Below are positions 18,161 to 26,837 of a stretch of DNA of 64,000 nucleotides, piece after piece. The notes beneath the pieces were generated by a model. It was not told the DNA's origin. It ran no database searches and saw only the letters and a program-made list of their open reading frames with translations. The DNA is from an uncultured Bacilli bacterium (GTDB lineage Bacteria > Bacillota_I > Bacilli_A > RF39 > UBA660). A program made the position numbers and the translations under genes. Position 1 is the first letter of the stretch. Each line of letters starts with the position of its first letter. The stretch covers positions 7,835 through 71,834 of the forward strand of contig CANQKO010000003.1 in the NCBI GenBank assembly GCA_947624505.1, written 5' to 3'.

Positions 18161-18799
18161 ATGTTAATTCAAGAAGTAGAAAATATTGTTGGTCTAACCA
18201 AGAAAAGTATTAGATATTATGAAGATGAAGGATTACTTACACCCAAAAGAAGAGAAAATAAATATCGTTTCTATAATGAAGATGATCTTAAGAAATTAAA
18301 AATAATTAAATTCTTAAGAGAATTAGACGTTCCAATTAGAGATTTAAAATTATTAAATGATGGTAGTCTTAATTTAAGTGATTGTCTACTAGATAGAATT
18401 AAAAAAATTGAAAGTTTAGAAAAAAATTATCAAAAAATAAAATTGATGTGTGAAGAAATAATTAATAAGAAAGAAACATTTAATAATCTAGATGTTGAAC
18501 CATATTTTGAGTGTGTGAGAGTAATGAATAAGAAAGAGAGATTTACAATGAATAAAAATAAAGCAAGTAAAAGTAAAAAAATAATTGGGGCAGTAGTTGC
18601 TAGTTTAACATTTAATAGCATTTTTATCTTTTTACTAGGGTTACTTATAAATATGCAAATAAAAGCTAACCTACCTTTTGCATTATTTGCGTTTGTTCTT
18701 ATCATTTTATTGTTGCCAATAATATCAATAAGTTATAATTTAGTGTTGCGAATTAAAGAAATAATAGGAGGTGAAGAAGATGAAGCTTGTAAATATTGA
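18161..18799 (+). CDS. MerR-family regulator with C-terminal transmembrane region
   Basis: N-terminal MerR HTH (VENIVGLTKKSIRYYEDEGLL), a coiled-coil segment, then two hydrophobic helices (IIGAVVASLTFNSIFIFLLGLLI; FALFAFVLIILLLPIISISY). Confidence 0.7.
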   Translation: MLIQEVENIVGLTKKSIRYYEDEGLLTPKRRENKYRFYNEDDLKKLKIIKFLRELDVPIRDLKLLNDGSLNLSDCLLDRIKKIESLEKNYQKIKLMCEEIINKKETFNNLDVEPYFECVRVMNKKERFTMNKNKASKSKKIIGAVVASLTFNSIFIFLLGLLINMQIKANLPFALFAFVLIILLLPIISISYNLVLRIKEIIGGEEDEACKY

Positions 18800-19097
18800 T
18801 TATCTACCAGGCGAAGAAATAACTGAAGTTTTGGGATTAGTCAAAGGGCAAATCGTTCAATCTAAGAATATTGGTCGTGATATAATGGCTGGTTTAAAAA
18901 CAATTGTGGGTGGTGAAATAACGGCTTACACAGATATGATTAAATTAGCTAGAAGTATGGCTACTAAAAGAATGGTAGATGAAGCCGAAAGTTTAGGGGC
19001 TGATGCAATTATTAATGTTAGATATGGATCATCTAGTGTGATGGGTGGAGCCGCGGAAATTATCGCTTATGGGACCGCGGTTAAAATAAAAAAATAA
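18780..19097 (+). CDS. YbjQ/UPF0145 family protein
   Basis: Family-typical sequence GLVKGQIVQSKNIGRDIMAGLKTIVGGEI...ADAIINVRY. ATG 18780 lies 9 nt after AGGAGG (the ORF track starts at GTG 18771). Overlaps the MerR gene. Confidence 0.75.
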   Translation: MKLVNIDYLPGEEITEVLGLVKGQIVQSKNIGRDIMAGLKTIVGGEITAYTDMIKLARSMATKRMVDEAESLGADAIINVRYGSSSVMGGAAEIIAYGTAVKIKK

Positions 19098-19102
19098 TCT
19101 TA

Positions 19103-19131
19103 TTGACATTTAGGTAATAGAGTAATATAAT
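19103..19131 (+). promoter_or_regulatory. sigma-A-type promoter of htpG (TTGACA-17 nt-TATAAT)
   Basis: Both hexamers are perfect consensus with a 17-nt spacer. Confidence 0.7.
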
Positions 19132-19135
19132 CATA

Positions 19136-19162
19136 TTAGCACTTAAAAGTTTAGAGTGCTAA
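19136..19162 (+). promoter_or_regulatory. CIRCE operator (HrcA binding site)
   Basis: TTAGCACTT-N9-GAGTGCTAA against the consensus TTAGCACTC-N9-GAGTGCTAA. It sits between the -10 box and the RBS of htpG. Confidence 0.8.
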
Positions 19163-19173
19163 AGGAGAATATT

Positions 19174-21000
19174 ATGAAAGAATTTAAAGCTGAAGCAAAA
19201 AGATTAATGGATTTAATGATTAATTCAATTTATACTAATAAGGAGATATTTTTAAGAGAAATAATTTCTAATGCATCTGATGCAATTGATAAACTGCATT
19301 ACCAATCTCTCACTGATAAAAAGATAAAAATTAAAAAAGATGAATTTGCCATTAATATAAAAATTGACAAAGATAAAAGAATGTTAACTATCAGTGATAA
19401 TGGTATTGGAATGACCAAAGAAGAATTAGAAAATAATTTGGGTACTATTGCAAAAAGTGGTTCATTTGATTTTAAAAATACTAATGAAAAGAAAAAAGAC
19501 ATTGATATAATTGGGCAATTTGGTGTTGGTTTTTATTCGGCTTTTATGGTTGCTTCTAAAGTAGAAGTTATTTCCAAAGCCTATGGAAGTGAGGATGCTT
19601 ATTCTTGGGTCTCATCTGGTACTTTAGGTTATACAGTAACTAAGTGTGATAAAGAGATCTATGGAACAGATGTAATATTAACTATTAAAGATGAAGAAGA
19701 ATATAATTGTTATTTAGATGATTATGAAATTCAAAATCTAATTAAAAAGTATTCTGATTATATAACTTATCCAATTAAAATGACTTTGAATGATGATAAA
19801 GAAACCAAAGTAGAAACGATTAATAGTTTAGTACCTTTATGGAAAAGAAATAAAAAAGATATTAGTGAAGAAGAATATAATACTTTTTATTCCGATAAAT
19901 TCTTTGATTATGAAAAACCTTTAAGTCATATTCATATTAAAGCTGAAGGTACTATTGAATATAATTCTTTATTATATATTCCTTCTAAAGCTAGTTTTGA
20001 TTATTATTCTAAAGAATATGAAAAAGGATTACAATTGTATGCAAATGGCGTTTTAGTTATGGAAAAGTGTGCTGATTTAATACCAGATTATTTTAGCTTT
20101 GTTAAAGGTGTTGTTGATTCATCAGATTTATCACTTAATATTTCAAGAGAAACTTTACAACAAAATAGAGTTTTAAAAACAATAGCTAATAATATTGAAA
20201 CCCATATTAAAAATGAATTAGTAAGTATGTTAGATGAAAGAAGAGAAGATTACTTAAAATTCTGGGATGCCTTTGGTTTACAAATTAAAGCTGGTATTTA
20301 TAATAGTTATGGATTTAATAAAGATAAATTACAAGATTTATTATTATTTTATTCATCGAAGATGGAAAAATTAGTAACTTTAAAAGAGTATTTAGCTAAT
20401 AATAAAGATGAATCAGCTATCTATTATGCTTGTGGTAATTCAATTGAGCAAATAAAAACATTACCCCAAGTTGAAGCAATGATATCTAAAGATAAAGATG
20501 TTCTTTTATGTTCTAACTATTTAGATGAATTTGTTTTTAAAGTTATGCTTAAATATGAAGATAAAGATTTTAAAAATATTTGTTCTGATAATATTGATAT
20601 AGATACAGAAGAAGAAAAAGAAGAATTAAAAGCCTTAAATGAAAAAGATAAAGATTTATTAGCTTTAATGAAAGGCGAAATAGATATTAAAGAAGTTAGA
20701 TTTACAAGTAAGTTAAAAAATCATCCTGTTTGTTTATCTAGTAGTGGAGAGGTATCTGTTGAAATGGAAAAAGTTATGAAAGCAGTACCTAATAATGGTG
20801 AAATTAATGCTGAGAAAATATTAGAAATAAATTATCAACATCCAATTGCTAAAAAATTAGAAGAGTTATATGAAAAAGATCAAGAAGAATTAAAAAAATA
20901 TACTAAAATATTATATGCGGAAGCTAGATTAATTGAAGGATTACCTGTTGATAATCAAACAGAAATTACTAATCTTATTTGTGATATAATGGTAAAATAA
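19174..21000 (+). CDS. htpG: molecular chaperone HtpG (Hsp90)
   Basis: Hsp90 N-terminal signature NKEIFLREIISNASDAIDKL and GQFGVGFYS. ATG 19174 follows AAGGAG (the ORF track starts at GTG 19156). Confidence 0.93.
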   Translation: MKEFKAEAKRLMDLMINSIYTNKEIFLREIISNASDAIDKLHYQSLTDKKIKIKKDEFAINIKIDKDKRMLTISDNGIGMTKEELENNLGTIAKSGSFDFKNTNEKKKDIDIIGQFGVGFYSAFMVASKVEVISKAYGSEDAYSWVSSGTLGYTVTKCDKEIYGTDVILTIKDEEEYNCYLDDYEIQNLIKKYSDYITYPIKMTLNDDKETKVETINSLVPLWKRNKKDISEEEYNTFYSDKFFDYEKPLSHIHIKAEGTIEYNSLLYIPSKASFDYYSKEYEKGLQLYANGVLVMEKCADLIPDYFSFVKGVVDSSDLSLNISRETLQQNRVLKTIANNIETHIKNELVSMLDERREDYLKFWDAFGLQIKAGIYNSYGFNKDKLQDLLLFYSSKMEKLVTLKEYLANNKDESAIYYACGNSIEQIKTLPQVEAMISKDKDVLLCSNYLDEFVFKVMLKYEDKDFKNICSDNIDIDTEEEKEELKALNEKDKDLLALMKGEIDIKEVRFTSKLKNHPVCLSSSGEVSVEMEKVMKAVPNNGEINAEKILEINYQHPIAKKLEELYEKDQEELKKYTKILYAEARLIEGLPVDNQTEITNLICDIMVK

Positions 21001-21068
21001 AAAATTTTTAGTATAAAATTATTAATTATGGTTAATATATTAATGTAGAGGTTTACTCTACGGATATG

Positions 21069-21096
21069 AAGGCCTCATTTGTTGAGTGCCTTTTTA
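21069..21096 (+). terminator. probable intrinsic terminator after htpG
   Basis: Imperfect hairpin AAGGCCTCA-TTTGT-TGAGTGCCTT followed by TTT. Confidence 0.5.
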
Positions 21097-21195
21097 CTTG
21101 AAAAGAAGTTGCATTTCATACAATTGTTTGTTATAATTATAAGTGCTTGAATATTTTTAAAAATAGTTTAAAATAATTAGAAGTTGGTGATTATT

Positions 21196-24012
21196 ATGGA
21201 TAAAATAATTATAAGAGGAGCAAGAGAAAATAATTTAAAGAATGTTGATTTAGAACTCCCTAAAAATAAGTTAATTGTGATGACTGGTGTTTCTGGTAGT
21301 GGTAAAAGTAGTTTAGCTTTTGATACCATCTATGCAGAAGGGGAAAGAAGATATGTTGAAAGCTTATCTGCCTACGCTAGACAATTTATTGGTGGTGGAG
21401 AAAAACCTGATGTTGATTCAATTGAAGGATTGTCACCAAGTATTTCTATTGATCAAAAAACCACTAATAAAAATCCACGTTCAACTGTAGGAACAATAAC
21501 GGAATTATATGATTATTTTCGTTTATTGTTTTCAAGAATTGGAATACCTTATTGTCCTATTCACAAAATACCTATTAAAAGTCAAAGTATTGAAGAAATG
21601 ACCAATAAAGTTTTAGCCTTTGATGAAGGAGTAAAAATAGAGATATATTCACCAATTGTAAGAGGTGAAAAAGGAACCCATAAAGATTTAATTGAAGATT
21701 TAAAAAGTAAAGGATTTACCAAAATTAAAGTTAATGGGGTATTATATAATGCTTTTGATGAAATAACTTTAGAAAAAAATGTTAAAGATGATATTTATGT
21801 TTTAATTGATAAACTACCTGTTAGTAAAGAAGAAAGAAGTCGGATTTTTGAGGCCATTGAGACTAGTTGTAAAATGGCAAATGGGCTTGTTATTATTCGG
21901 GTTAATGATGAAGAAGATATTTTAATGAGTGAGAATTATGCTTGTCCTTATTGTAATTTTTCTTTAAGTGAACTTGAACCAAGAATGTTTTCTTTTAACT
22001 CACCATATGGTGCGTGTGATGAGTGTAAAGGACTTGGGACACGTCTTAAGATAAGTGAAGAATTATTAATTCCTGATAAAAATAAGAGTATTAATAAAGG
22101 GGCAATTGTCGCCATTAACTTAGATAATAATATGTATATGAGTAGCTTAAATACAGTTGCTGAACATTATAATATTGATTTGAATGTGCCAGTTAAAGAT
22201 ATGAAAAGAAGTGATTTAGACATTATTCTTTATGGAACCAAAGATATAATGGATTTTCACTATGTATCTAAAAGTGGGAGCACAAGAGATACCAAATCAA
22301 GGTATGAAGGAATTGTTAACAATTTAGAAAGAAGATATTTAGAAACTAATAGTACTTGGATAAGAGAGTGGATTGAAGGATATATGGTAGAATCTACTTG
22401 TCCAAAGTGTAAGGGAACAAGGCTTAAAGATGAAATATTAGCAGTTAAAATCAATGGTAAAAATATTTATGAATTATGTGAAATGGCAATTGATGAATTA
22501 AGTGATTTCTTACGTAATTTAAAACTTACTAAGGAAGAAGAAGAGATAAGTAGATTATTAATTAAAGAAATATTATCGCGTCTAGACTTTTTAATGAATG
22601 TCGGTCTTAATTATCTAACTCTTTCAAGAAGTGCTGCAACTTTATCAGGAGGAGAAGCCCAAAGAATTAGACTTGCTACTCAAATTGGTAGTCGTCTTTC
22701 TGGGGTATTATATGTATTAGATGAACCATCAATTGGTCTTCATCAAAGAGATAATGAAAAATTAATTAATTCTTTAAAAGAAATGCGCGATTTAGGAAAT
22801 ACTTTAATTGTTGTGGAACACGATACTGATACGATGATGGCTGCTGATTATCTAGTTGATGTAGGTCCTGGAGCAGGAGAAGAAGGCGGTTACATTGTTG
22901 CCAGTGGAACACCAGAAGAAGTTATGAAAAATGATAAGAGTATCACGGGTAGGTATTTATCGGGTAAAGAAAAAATTGAAATACCGAAAAAAACAAGAAA
23001 AGGTAATGGCCTATTCTTAGAAGTAAAAGGGGCCAGTGAAAACAATTTAAAAAATATTAATGTTAAATTTCCTCTTAATAAATTTATTGTAGTAACAGGT
23101 GTTTCCGGAAGTGGTAAATCTACTTTGGTTAATGAAATATTATATAAAACTCTTCATAAAGAAATTTATAATAGTAAAGATATTCCTGGTAAATGTAAGG
23201 CAGTTAAAGGAATTGAAAATGTTGATAAAGTTGTTAATATTAGCCAAGATGCTATTGGAAGAACACCAAGAAGTAATCCCGCTACATATGTTGGGGTCTT
23301 TGATGATATAAGAGATGTTTTTGCAAATATGAAGGAATCTAAAATGCGGGGTTATGATAAAAGTCGTTTCTCATTTAATGTTAAAGGTGGAAGATGTGAA
23401 GCGTGCTACGGTGATGGTGTTAAAAAAATTGAAATGCATTTTTTACCAGATGTTTATGTACCTTGTGATGTCTGTGGAGGAACTCGTTTTAATAAAGAAA
23501 CATTAGATGTTAAATTTAAAGGTAAAAATATTTCGGAAGTTTTAGATATGCGAGTTAGTGAAGCAATTCCTTTCTTTGATAATATTCCTAAAGTTCGCGA
23601 TAAATTAAAAGTTATGTATGATGTTGGCCTTTCTTATATTAAGCTTGGTCAAGGAGCCCCAACTTTATCTGGTGGAGAAGCGGGCCGTGTTAAGCTTGCG
23701 AAAGAACTACAAAAGAAAGCCACTGGTAAATCAGTCTTTATTTTAGATGAACCAACAACTGGTCTTCATTCTGCTGATATTAAAAAATTACTAGAAGTTT
23801 TAAATAAAATAGTTGATAATGGTGATACTGTCATAGTTATTGAACATAATTTAGACGTTATTAAACAAGCTGATTATGTTATAGATTTAGGCCCAGAAGG
23901 TGGAAGATTTGGAGGAGAAGTTATCGCCACTGGTACACCAAGAGAAATAAGTAAAATAGAAAAATCTTATACTGGCCAATTCTTAAAGAAAATATTTGAT
24001 AGTGAAAAATAA
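21196..24012 (+). CDS. uvrA: excinuclease ABC subunit A
   Basis: Two ABC modules (GVSGSGKSS twice, LSGGEAQR / LSGGEAGR) and zinc-finger Cys clusters (CPYC...CDEC; CEACYGDG...CDVCGG). ATG 21196 (MDKIIIRGAREN). Confidence 0.97.
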   Translation: MDKIIIRGARENNLKNVDLELPKNKLIVMTGVSGSGKSSLAFDTIYAEGERRYVESLSAYARQFIGGGEKPDVDSIEGLSPSISIDQKTTNKNPRSTVGTITELYDYFRLLFSRIGIPYCPIHKIPIKSQSIEEMTNKVLAFDEGVKIEIYSPIVRGEKGTHKDLIEDLKSKGFTKIKVNGVLYNAFDEITLEKNVKDDIYVLIDKLPVSKEERSRIFEAIETSCKMANGLVIIRVNDEEDILMSENYACPYCNFSLSELEPRMFSFNSPYGACDECKGLGTRLKISEELLIPDKNKSINKGAIVAINLDNNMYMSSLNTVAEHYNIDLNVPVKDMKRSDLDIILYGTKDIMDFHYVSKSGSTRDTKSRYEGIVNNLERRYLETNSTWIREWIEGYMVESTCPKCKGTRLKDEILAVKINGKNIYELCEMAIDELSDFLRNLKLTKEEEEISRLLIKEILSRLDFLMNVGLNYLTLSRSAATLSGGEAQRIRLATQIGSRLSGVLYVLDEPSIGLHQRDNEKLINSLKEMRDLGNTLIVVEHDTDTMMAADYLVDVGPGAGEEGGYIVASGTPEEVMKNDKSITGRYLSGKEKIEIPKKTRKGNGLFLEVKGASENNLKNINVKFPLNKFIVVTGVSGSGKSTLVNEILYKTLHKEIYNSKDIPGKCKAVKGIENVDKVVNISQDAIGRTPRSNPATYVGVFDDIRDVFANMKESKMRGYDKSRFSFNVKGGRCEACYGDGVKKIEMHFLPDVYVPCDVCGGTRFNKETLDVKFKGKNISEVLDMRVSEAIPFFDNIPKVRDKLKVMYDVGLSYIKLGQGAPTLSGGEAGRVKLAKELQKKATGKSVFILDEPTTGLHSADIKKLLEVLNKIVDNGDTVIVIEHNLDVIKQADYVIDLGPEGGRFGGEVIATGTPREISKIEKSYTGQFLKKIFDSEK

Positions 24013-24018
24013 TAAGTA

Positions 24019-24064
24019 AAGGTTGTAACGAAATAAAATATTTCATTACAGCCTTATTTTTTTT
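24019..24064 (+). terminator. intrinsic terminator after uvrA
   Basis: ~16-bp hairpin AAGGTTGTAACGAAAT / ATTTCATTACAGCCTT followed by a T-run. Confidence 0.7.
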
Positions 24065-24176
24065 AAATTTTTTTAAAAATTTATCTCAAAAAAAAGGAAA
24101 TGGAGGAAAAAACGCTAATATATATAGTGAAGGGAGAAAAATAACCCTTAAATATAAATAGATGGGAGGTGAAGAA

Positions 24177-25073
24177 ATGACAGATGAAAAACCATTCTAT
24201 AATCTTTCATATGACCGAGTATTTAAATCAGTGGTGTTAGATATATTAAATCGTCGTTATTTAAATGGAATGTTAACAGATATATTAGAAAAAGAAGTAA
24301 AAGTAGAAGAAATAGAATATAGTGAATTACCAATGTCATCGGTAAGAGATAAAGTGCAAGTATTAGATATTTTGTTGTTAACAAAAGATCAAAAAAGAAT
24401 AAACGTGGAATTAAATAGTAATTTTGATGAATATATCAAAGAAAGAAATTTAATGTATTATTTTCGGTTATTATTAAGAAAATATAAATATGCGACAACA
24501 ATGGGAAGAAGTAGTGATAGTAAGGAAGAAAGTGAAGAAAGAGAAAGATGGGAAAATATCGATGAAGTAGTTCAAATAAATTTAGATTTTAATCATCCAA
24601 AAGATGAATTAAAAAGAGTTATCAAACTAATAGATAATTATGGACAAGAATACTATGATAAATTTAAAATAATAACTGTAAATATTGCTGGGTATAAAAA
24701 GTTGTGGTATGATAAAAACATCAAAGGAGATCCAACGCATCAAGAACTAACTTTATTAGGGGCGAATAAAGAAGAAATCATTGCGTTAGGAAAAACAAAC
24801 GAGATACTTAAGAAAGTAGGGGAGAAAGTATTAGAGATGAATGAAGATGTGATCAAACAAATGCAACTTGAGCAAGAAAGAGATTTCGAATACATATACC
24901 GAAAGAGAATGGAAGATAGCGAAAATAAAGGATTAGAAAAAGGAATTTATGAAACAAAAATCAACACAGTTAAAGAATTATTAAAAGAAGGCAGTCTTTC
25001 TACTAAAACAATAGCTAATGTAACAAAACTAAGTGAAGAAGAGATAATTAACATTCAGAAAGAAATACAATAG
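24177..25073 (+). CDS. Rpn-family PD-(D/E)XK nuclease / putative transposase-like protein
   Basis: The N-terminal pattern YDRVFKSVV...VQVLDILLL...RINVELN and the helical C-terminus are typical of the Rpn/YhgA-like family. ATG 24177 follows GGAGGTG (the ORF track starts at 24162). Confidence 0.55.
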   Translation: MTDEKPFYNLSYDRVFKSVVLDILNRRYLNGMLTDILEKEVKVEEIEYSELPMSSVRDKVQVLDILLLTKDQKRINVELNSNFDEYIKERNLMYYFRLLLRKYKYATTMGRSSDSKEESEERERWENIDEVVQINLDFNHPKDELKRVIKLIDNYGQEYYDKFKIITVNIAGYKKLWYDKNIKGDPTHQELTLLGANKEEIIALGKTNEILKKVGEKVLEMNEDVIKQMQLEQERDFEYIYRKRMEDSENKGLEKGIYETKINTVKELLKEGSLSTKTIANVTKLSEEEIINIQKEIQ

Positions 25074-25625
25074 TTAATCTTTAATTAAATAATCATTTAA
25101 ACCATATTTTTCATTTTTGGTATCAAAAAATAAATCATTTTTAGGTGGTTTATAAGTAAATATTGTCATAAAGATATAAATAATTATGATAAAGACTATA
25201 GATAAAGATTTTTGATATTTGATTGGTTTTAATTGAAGTAATTTATAGCCAATAATATTAACAATTAAAATAGCAATAAATAAAATAATGAAAGTAACAG
25301 GCATTATTTCGCCAAAGTTATAATATATTGGTAAAAACATTAATAAATAAATAGGAATGCTTATTATAGCTTTTGTAGTGGCAGTAAATAAGAAATTATT
25401 ATAAGGAATATTACATTTTTTTAATATAAAATATTCAATTAGACTTGCTAAAAGAATAGTTGTATAGAGCATTTTCATATGTTCCCAAATACTTTCATTA
25501 ACAGGAAAAAAGATGGAGAATATAGGGTTAGGAAGAAAAGTATATAAAAAATGTGTTAGAAAGCACAAAAGAAAAGTTACTATAGTATTAATAAGAATCA
25601 TTTTTTTAAGATTCATTTTGATCAC
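25074..25625 (-). CDS. polytopic membrane protein, unknown function
   Basis: 183 aa with ~5 hydrophobic helices. The stop codon directly abuts the stop of the convergent gene. Confidence 0.55.
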   Translation of the reverse strand: MIKMNLKKMILINTIVTFLLCFLTHFLYTFLPNPIFSIFFPVNESIWEHMKMLYTTILLASLIEYFILKKCNIPYNNFLFTATTKAIISIPIYLLMFLPIYYNFGEIMPVTFIILFIAILIVNIIGYKLLQLKPIKYQKSLSIVFIIIIYIFMTIFTYKPPKNDLFFDTKNEKYGLNDYLIKD

Positions 25626-25707
25626 CTAATTCTAATATTAATATACTAAAAAAGTTTAAAAAATATACTTCTTTATGATATAATTTTTGTGGAATTTGGG
25701 TGGTATA

Positions 25708-26550
25708 ATGGAAAAATATCAAGAAATTGAAAGAAGTATTATTAAAACTTATCGTAAAGATATATGGCGGATGTTCACTAAAGCTATTAATGATTATGAA
25801 CTTATTAAGGAAAATGATAAGATAATGGTTTGCATAAGTGGCGGCAAAGATTCATTTTTACTTGCCAAATGCATTCAAGAATTGCAAAGACACGGTAAAA
25901 TTCATTTTGATGCCTACTTTGTGACAATGAATCCTGGTTATAACGAAGAAAACAAAAAGAAAATATTAGATAATGCAAAATTACTTGATATTCCTCTTGA
26001 AGAATTCAAAAGTGATATATTTGCGGTTGCTAATAAGTTGAATTCCGAAAACCCTTGTTACATTTGTGCAAGAATGCGAAGAGGTTACTTATATAGCAAA
26101 GCCGAAGAGTTAGGCTGCAATAAAATTGCTTTAGGTCATCATTTTGATGATGTTATAGAAACAACTCTTTTATCAATGTTCTATGGGGCCGAAGTTAAAA
26201 CAATGCTTCCTAAACTTCATTCGGATAATTTTAAAGGATTAGAACTTATTAGACCATTATACTTAGTTAAAGAAAGTGCCATAATTGCTTGGCGAAATTA
26301 TAATAATTTAGAATTTATCAATTGTGCTTGTCCTTACTTAAGTAATTGCGCCTTAAATAAGGAAAATACCCCGGATAGTGAAATAGGGAGAAGAGAAGCA
26401 ATGAAAAGATTAATAAAAAAATTAAGAAGTGAACATAAAGGAATTGACAATAATATTTTTACCTCTTTAAATAATATCAATATTAATTGTGTTTTAGGTT
26501 ATAAAAAAGATGGAGTCTATACTAGTTTTTTAGATGAATACGATAAATAA
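25708..26550 (+). CDS. ttcA: TtcA-family PP-loop ATPase (tRNA thiolation-type enzyme)
   Basis: PP-loop CISGGKDS, Cys motifs CYICARMRRG and CACPY. ATG 25708 (the ORF track starts at TTG 25687). Confidence 0.65.
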   Translation: MEKYQEIERSIIKTYRKDIWRMFTKAINDYELIKENDKIMVCISGGKDSFLLAKCIQELQRHGKIHFDAYFVTMNPGYNEENKKKILDNAKLLDIPLEEFKSDIFAVANKLNSENPCYICARMRRGYLYSKAEELGCNKIALGHHFDDVIETTLLSMFYGAEVKTMLPKLHSDNFKGLELIRPLYLVKESAIIAWRNYNNLEFINCACPYLSNCALNKENTPDSEIGRREAMKRLIKKLRSEHKGIDNNIFTSLNNININCVLGYKKDGVYTSFLDEYDK

Positions 26551-26554
26551 TTGG

Positions 26555-26583
26555 TTGACAAGGTAAATAATTTTGCATATAAT
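26555..26583 (+). promoter_or_regulatory. sigma-A-type promoter of the ileS leader (TTGACA-17 nt-TATAAT)
   Basis: Perfect hexamers with a 17-nt spacer. Confidence 0.7.
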
Positions 26584-26595
26584 TTAAAGTGTAAT

Positions 26596-26818
26596 TTTTA
26601 AAAACATTGAACAAGACAAGTAAATTAAATGAATTTTCAAGAGAGTTAGTGGTCGGTGAAAACTAATAAAATAATTTAATTTATATCACTTGGGAGTTGT
26701 TTATTTGAATTTAGTAAAATAAAACGGGTTATGACGTTATCCATAAAATGAGGTGATTAAGTTCATAAATAAAGGTGGTACCACACGTAATTGTGTCCTT
26801 TTGTTTATGAACTTTTTT
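26596..26818 (+). promoter_or_regulatory. T-box riboswitch leader, probable Ile specifier
   Basis: AGAGAG and GTGAAA stem-I elements. Candidate specifier ATC at 26685-26687 followed by A. T-box core AAAGGTGGTACCACACG (26771-26787). Terminator GTTCATAAA (26761-26769) / TTTATGAAC (26804-26812) plus T6. Confidence 0.8.
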
Positions 26819-26837
26819 ATATAATAAGGAGGAATTT

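Noticed and set aside
18430-18705. 91-aa antisense ORF inside the MerR gene
   Set aside because: It mirrors the hydrophobic C-terminus of the sense protein. The sense frame has a clear MerR HTH and an RBS.
19299-19502. 67-aa antisense ORF inside htpG
   Set aside because: The sense strand encodes an unmistakable Hsp90 ATPase domain.
22260-23311. Two short ORFs (22260-22454 minus strand; 23099-23311 plus strand, alternate frame) within uvrA
   Set aside because: Both lie inside the highly conserved UvrA reading frame and have no independent signals.
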